NCBI GenBank assembly: GCA_020059605.1
Contig: JAGVBT010000120.1
Span: 1,582 to 65,581 of the forward strand
Reading direction: 5' to 3'
DNA from: Deltaproteobacteria bacterium
GTDB taxonomy: Bacteria > Desulfobacterota > BSN033 > UBA1163
Length of the DNA: 64,000 nucleotides
Shown: positions 62,254 through 64,000 of the stretch, one piece after another
Layout: each line of letters begins with the position of its first letter
How positions within the stretch are numbered: position 1 is the stretch's first letter
Program-made: the position numbers and the translations under genes
Notes under the pieces: generated by a model
Database searches by the model: none
Told to the model about the DNA's origin: nothing
What the model saw: the letters and a program-made list of their open reading frames with translations, nothing else

Positions 62254-63762
62254 CTACTTCCCGTAAAGTTCCTTCACTTTTGGACGGTCGATGGAGCCAT
62301 CCTCTTTTTTAGGAAGTCCTTCGACAAACTGAACATAACCCGGTTTTTTATACCGTGCAATTCTGTTCGCCACGAAATCGATCAGTTCCTTCTCCGACAG
62401 TTTCACATTCGGTTTCAAAGCACAGACGGCTTTAATACCCTCTCCGAATTTCGGGTCAGGAACGCCGATCACCGATACCTCCTGGACCCCAGGGTGTTCA
62501 AGGATGACTTTCTCGACTTCTACGGGATAGACATTCTCTCCGCCGGGTTTAATCAGCTCCTTCTCGGCCTTTCTGCCCGCAAACCAAAGAAATCCGTCTT
62601 CATCCAGCCTGCCTGCATCGCCGGTATGGTGCCAGCCGTCACGAAAGGTATGGCGTGTCAGCTCTTCTTCTCTCCAGTAGCCGTGAAAGATCATGGGGCT
62701 CTGGAGTAAAATCTCACCCACCTTTCCCGCTTCCACCTCATGGTCAAATTCATCCACGATTTTAATATTTATAAGTGGACTTGCCCTTCCTGCGCAGCCG
62801 GGTTTTTCCCGGTTTGCGCAGATGCAGGTCAAGCCCATCGTCTCCGTCTGGCCGTAGATCAGCCAGAACTGGCCATGCCCCAGGCTTTCAAACTTCTTAA
62901 TCGTCTCGGGCAATTCAATACCCAGCACATGTTTTATGGAGGAGAGGGTGAACTCTCCCTTTGCCGCCTCGTCAAGTAACTGGAGCAGGATGGGCGGAAA
63001 GTCTCCGATGACGGTCACTTTCTCTTCGTGGATCGTCTTTAAGGCGACTCTCGGATCATATTTTGACATGATCAGATTTCTCCCCCCCACATGCATCATG
63101 GTCAGGGATGCCATCATCCCCGCAATGTGAAACAGGGGAAGAATATTGAGGTAGGAGTCCTCAGGTGAAAGGGCGAAGAGTCCGATCCCCTGAATGGAGC
63201 AGGCGATCAGGTTATGATGGCTGATGATAGCGCCGCGAGGTTTTCCCTGGACGGCGGCCGTATGCATGATGATGTAAGGGTCGTCCCCGTCCAGGTCGAC
63301 GGCTTTGGCCGGCTGCCCGCTTAATAGGGAATCGAAGGACTTGAACTTTTCTCCTCCCGGACCGAATGTCACATAGTCCCTTACCCAGGGGCAGATGGGC
63401 TGCAGGTCCGAAATGGTCTTTTCAAAATCGGGGTCGACAATGATCATGACAGGTTCGGTGTTGGTAAGGTTATAGCCAACCTCGTCAGCGGTCAGGCGAA
63501 AATTGATGGGTACCATAATCGCCCCAAGAGCGGCAATGCCGCCCATCAGGGTTAAATATTCAGGGTAATTCTTCGCAAGCACGGCAATGCGGTCCCCTTT
63601 TTTAACCCCTTTGCGATTTAATGTTCCGGCCAGAATATTGACCTGCCCAAAGAGTTCCCCGAAAGTGATCCGCTGATTTTCTGTCTGGATGGCCGTCCGG
63701 TTTTTATAAATCTTCCCGTTCCTTTTAAAAAGATCGTAAATTGTAAAACTTCTCACTGTCAT
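62254..63762 (-). CDS. AMP-dependent acyl-CoA/aryl-CoA ligase
   Basis: 502 aa; AMP-binding signatures (IIMHTAAVQGKPRGAIISHHNL; YGQTE; GDAGRLDEDGFLWFAGR). Confidence 0.85.
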   Translation of the reverse strand: MTVRSFTIYDLFKRNGKIYKNRTAIQTENQRITFGELFGQVNILAGTLNRKGVKKGDRIAVLAKNYPEYLTLMGGIAALGAIMVPINFRLTADEVGYNLTNTEPVMIIVDPDFEKTISDLQPICPWVRDYVTFGPGGEKFKSFDSLLSGQPAKAVDLDGDDPYIIMHTAAVQGKPRGAIISHHNLIACSIQGIGLFALSPEDSYLNILPLFHIAGMMASLTMMHVGGRNLIMSKYDPRVALKTIHEEKVTVIGDFPPILLQLLDEAAKGEFTLSSIKHVLGIELPETIKKFESLGHGQFWLIYGQTETMGLTCICANREKPGCAGRASPLINIKIVDEFDHEVEAGKVGEILLQSPMIFHGYWREEELTRHTFRDGWHHTGDAGRLDEDGFLWFAGRKAEKELIKPGGENVYPVEVEKVILEHPGVQEVSVIGVPDPKFGEGIKAVCALKPNVKLSEKELIDFVANRIARYKKPGYVQFVEGLPKKEDGSIDRPKVKELYGK

Positions 63763-63773
63763 TTTTTCCCCCC

Positions 63774-64000
63774 TTATTCGGATACTTTTCTCCGTTCCTC
63801 TTCTCTCAGCTCCCTGCGCAGAAATTTGCCCACTTTCGATTTGGGCAGCATATCTCGAAATTCAATGTATTGAGGAACCTTGTAGGGAGCCAATCGCTCT
63901 TTACACCATTTGTTGAGTTCAAACCCGCTGATCCCTTTAATATCTTCCTTGAGGACAACAAAGGCCTTAATTCGTTCTCCGACCTTTTCATCCGGGATGC
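63774..64000 (-). CDS. C-terminal 75 codons of a second AMP-dependent acyl-CoA ligase (continues past the window end)
   Basis: My own translation of the minus strand: ...GERIKAFVVLKEDIKGISGFELNKWCKERLAPYKVPQYIEFRDMLPKSKVGKFLRRELREEE*; stop TAA at 63774-63776; the track ORF 63806-63991 is in the wrong frame. Confidence 0.7.
   Translation of the reverse strand, partial: IPDEKVGERIKAFVVLKEDIKGISGFELNKWCKERLAPYKVPQYIEFRDMLPKSKVGKFLRRELREEERRKVSE

Noticed and set aside
63806-63991. 61-aa minus ORF from the track
   Set aside because: It is in the wrong frame. The +1 frame instead gives a clean AMP-ligase C-terminus ending at TAA 63774, which I annotated.

Overview
This 64-kb window is a chromosomal segment of about 55% GC, almost entirely coding, and dominated by conserved housekeeping operons. 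The gene content points to a Gram-negative bacterium: LPS transport genes kdsD-lptC-lptA-lptB, sigma-54, a membrane H+-pyrophosphatase, an archaeal-type cofactor-independent phosphoglycerate mutase, and Liv-type ABC transporters clustered with acyl-CoA ligases. From that content I infer, without being able to prove it, a Desulfobacterota/Syntrophia-like anaerobe.

Main blocks, in order:
- An IclR-regulated livKHMGF operon at the window start; livF is cut by the window edge.
- ychF, a diadenylate cyclase, hppA, and pth-rplY-prs-tRNA-Gln-ispE.
- A NifU-like gene plus two tiny cysteine-rich paralogs behind a roughly 450-nt ORF-free structured leader.
- trxB, ndk, rlmN.
- mtnP, a Mut7-C RNase-domain gene, rsmD, coaD, a double-HAD fusion, purC and ispG.
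- An operon metK-ahcY-RND adaptor-RND pump.
- The full rpoN neighbourhood: ptsI-ptsH-EIIA(Man)-rapZ-hprK-ptsN-hpf-rpoN-lptB-lptA-lptC-kdsD.
- pyrG, apgM, a histone-deacetylase-family gene, and an AT-rich block carrying a pectin-acetylesterase-family hydrolase.
- A second Liv-type ABC operon with an embedded acyl-CoA ligase, a lipoprotein and an inserted low-GC four-helix-bundle gene.
- A DUF35/SCP-x thiolase pair and two AMP-dependent ligases at the window end.

The non-core signal I would look at first:
- Nearly every intergenic gap holds short AT-rich palindromic repeats of a few related families built on TTCGAA, TTCCAA, TTCGGAG, TTCAAGG or TTGCAA cores.
- One copy appears to be the full-length parent element: a four-helix-bundle (Avd / 23S-rRNA-IVS-protein family) gene bounded by about 45-bp inverted repeats, sitting inside the second liv operon. 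Other copies look like gene-less MITE-style derivatives.
- ispE carries an in-frame AT-rich insertion of about 40 codons.
- A 28-bp perfect palindrome occurs twice in the window.
- A tandem pair of 4-Cys miniproteins sits behind a terminator-containing leader that looks like a riboswitch or attenuator.

I found no CRISPR array, rRNA or prophage.
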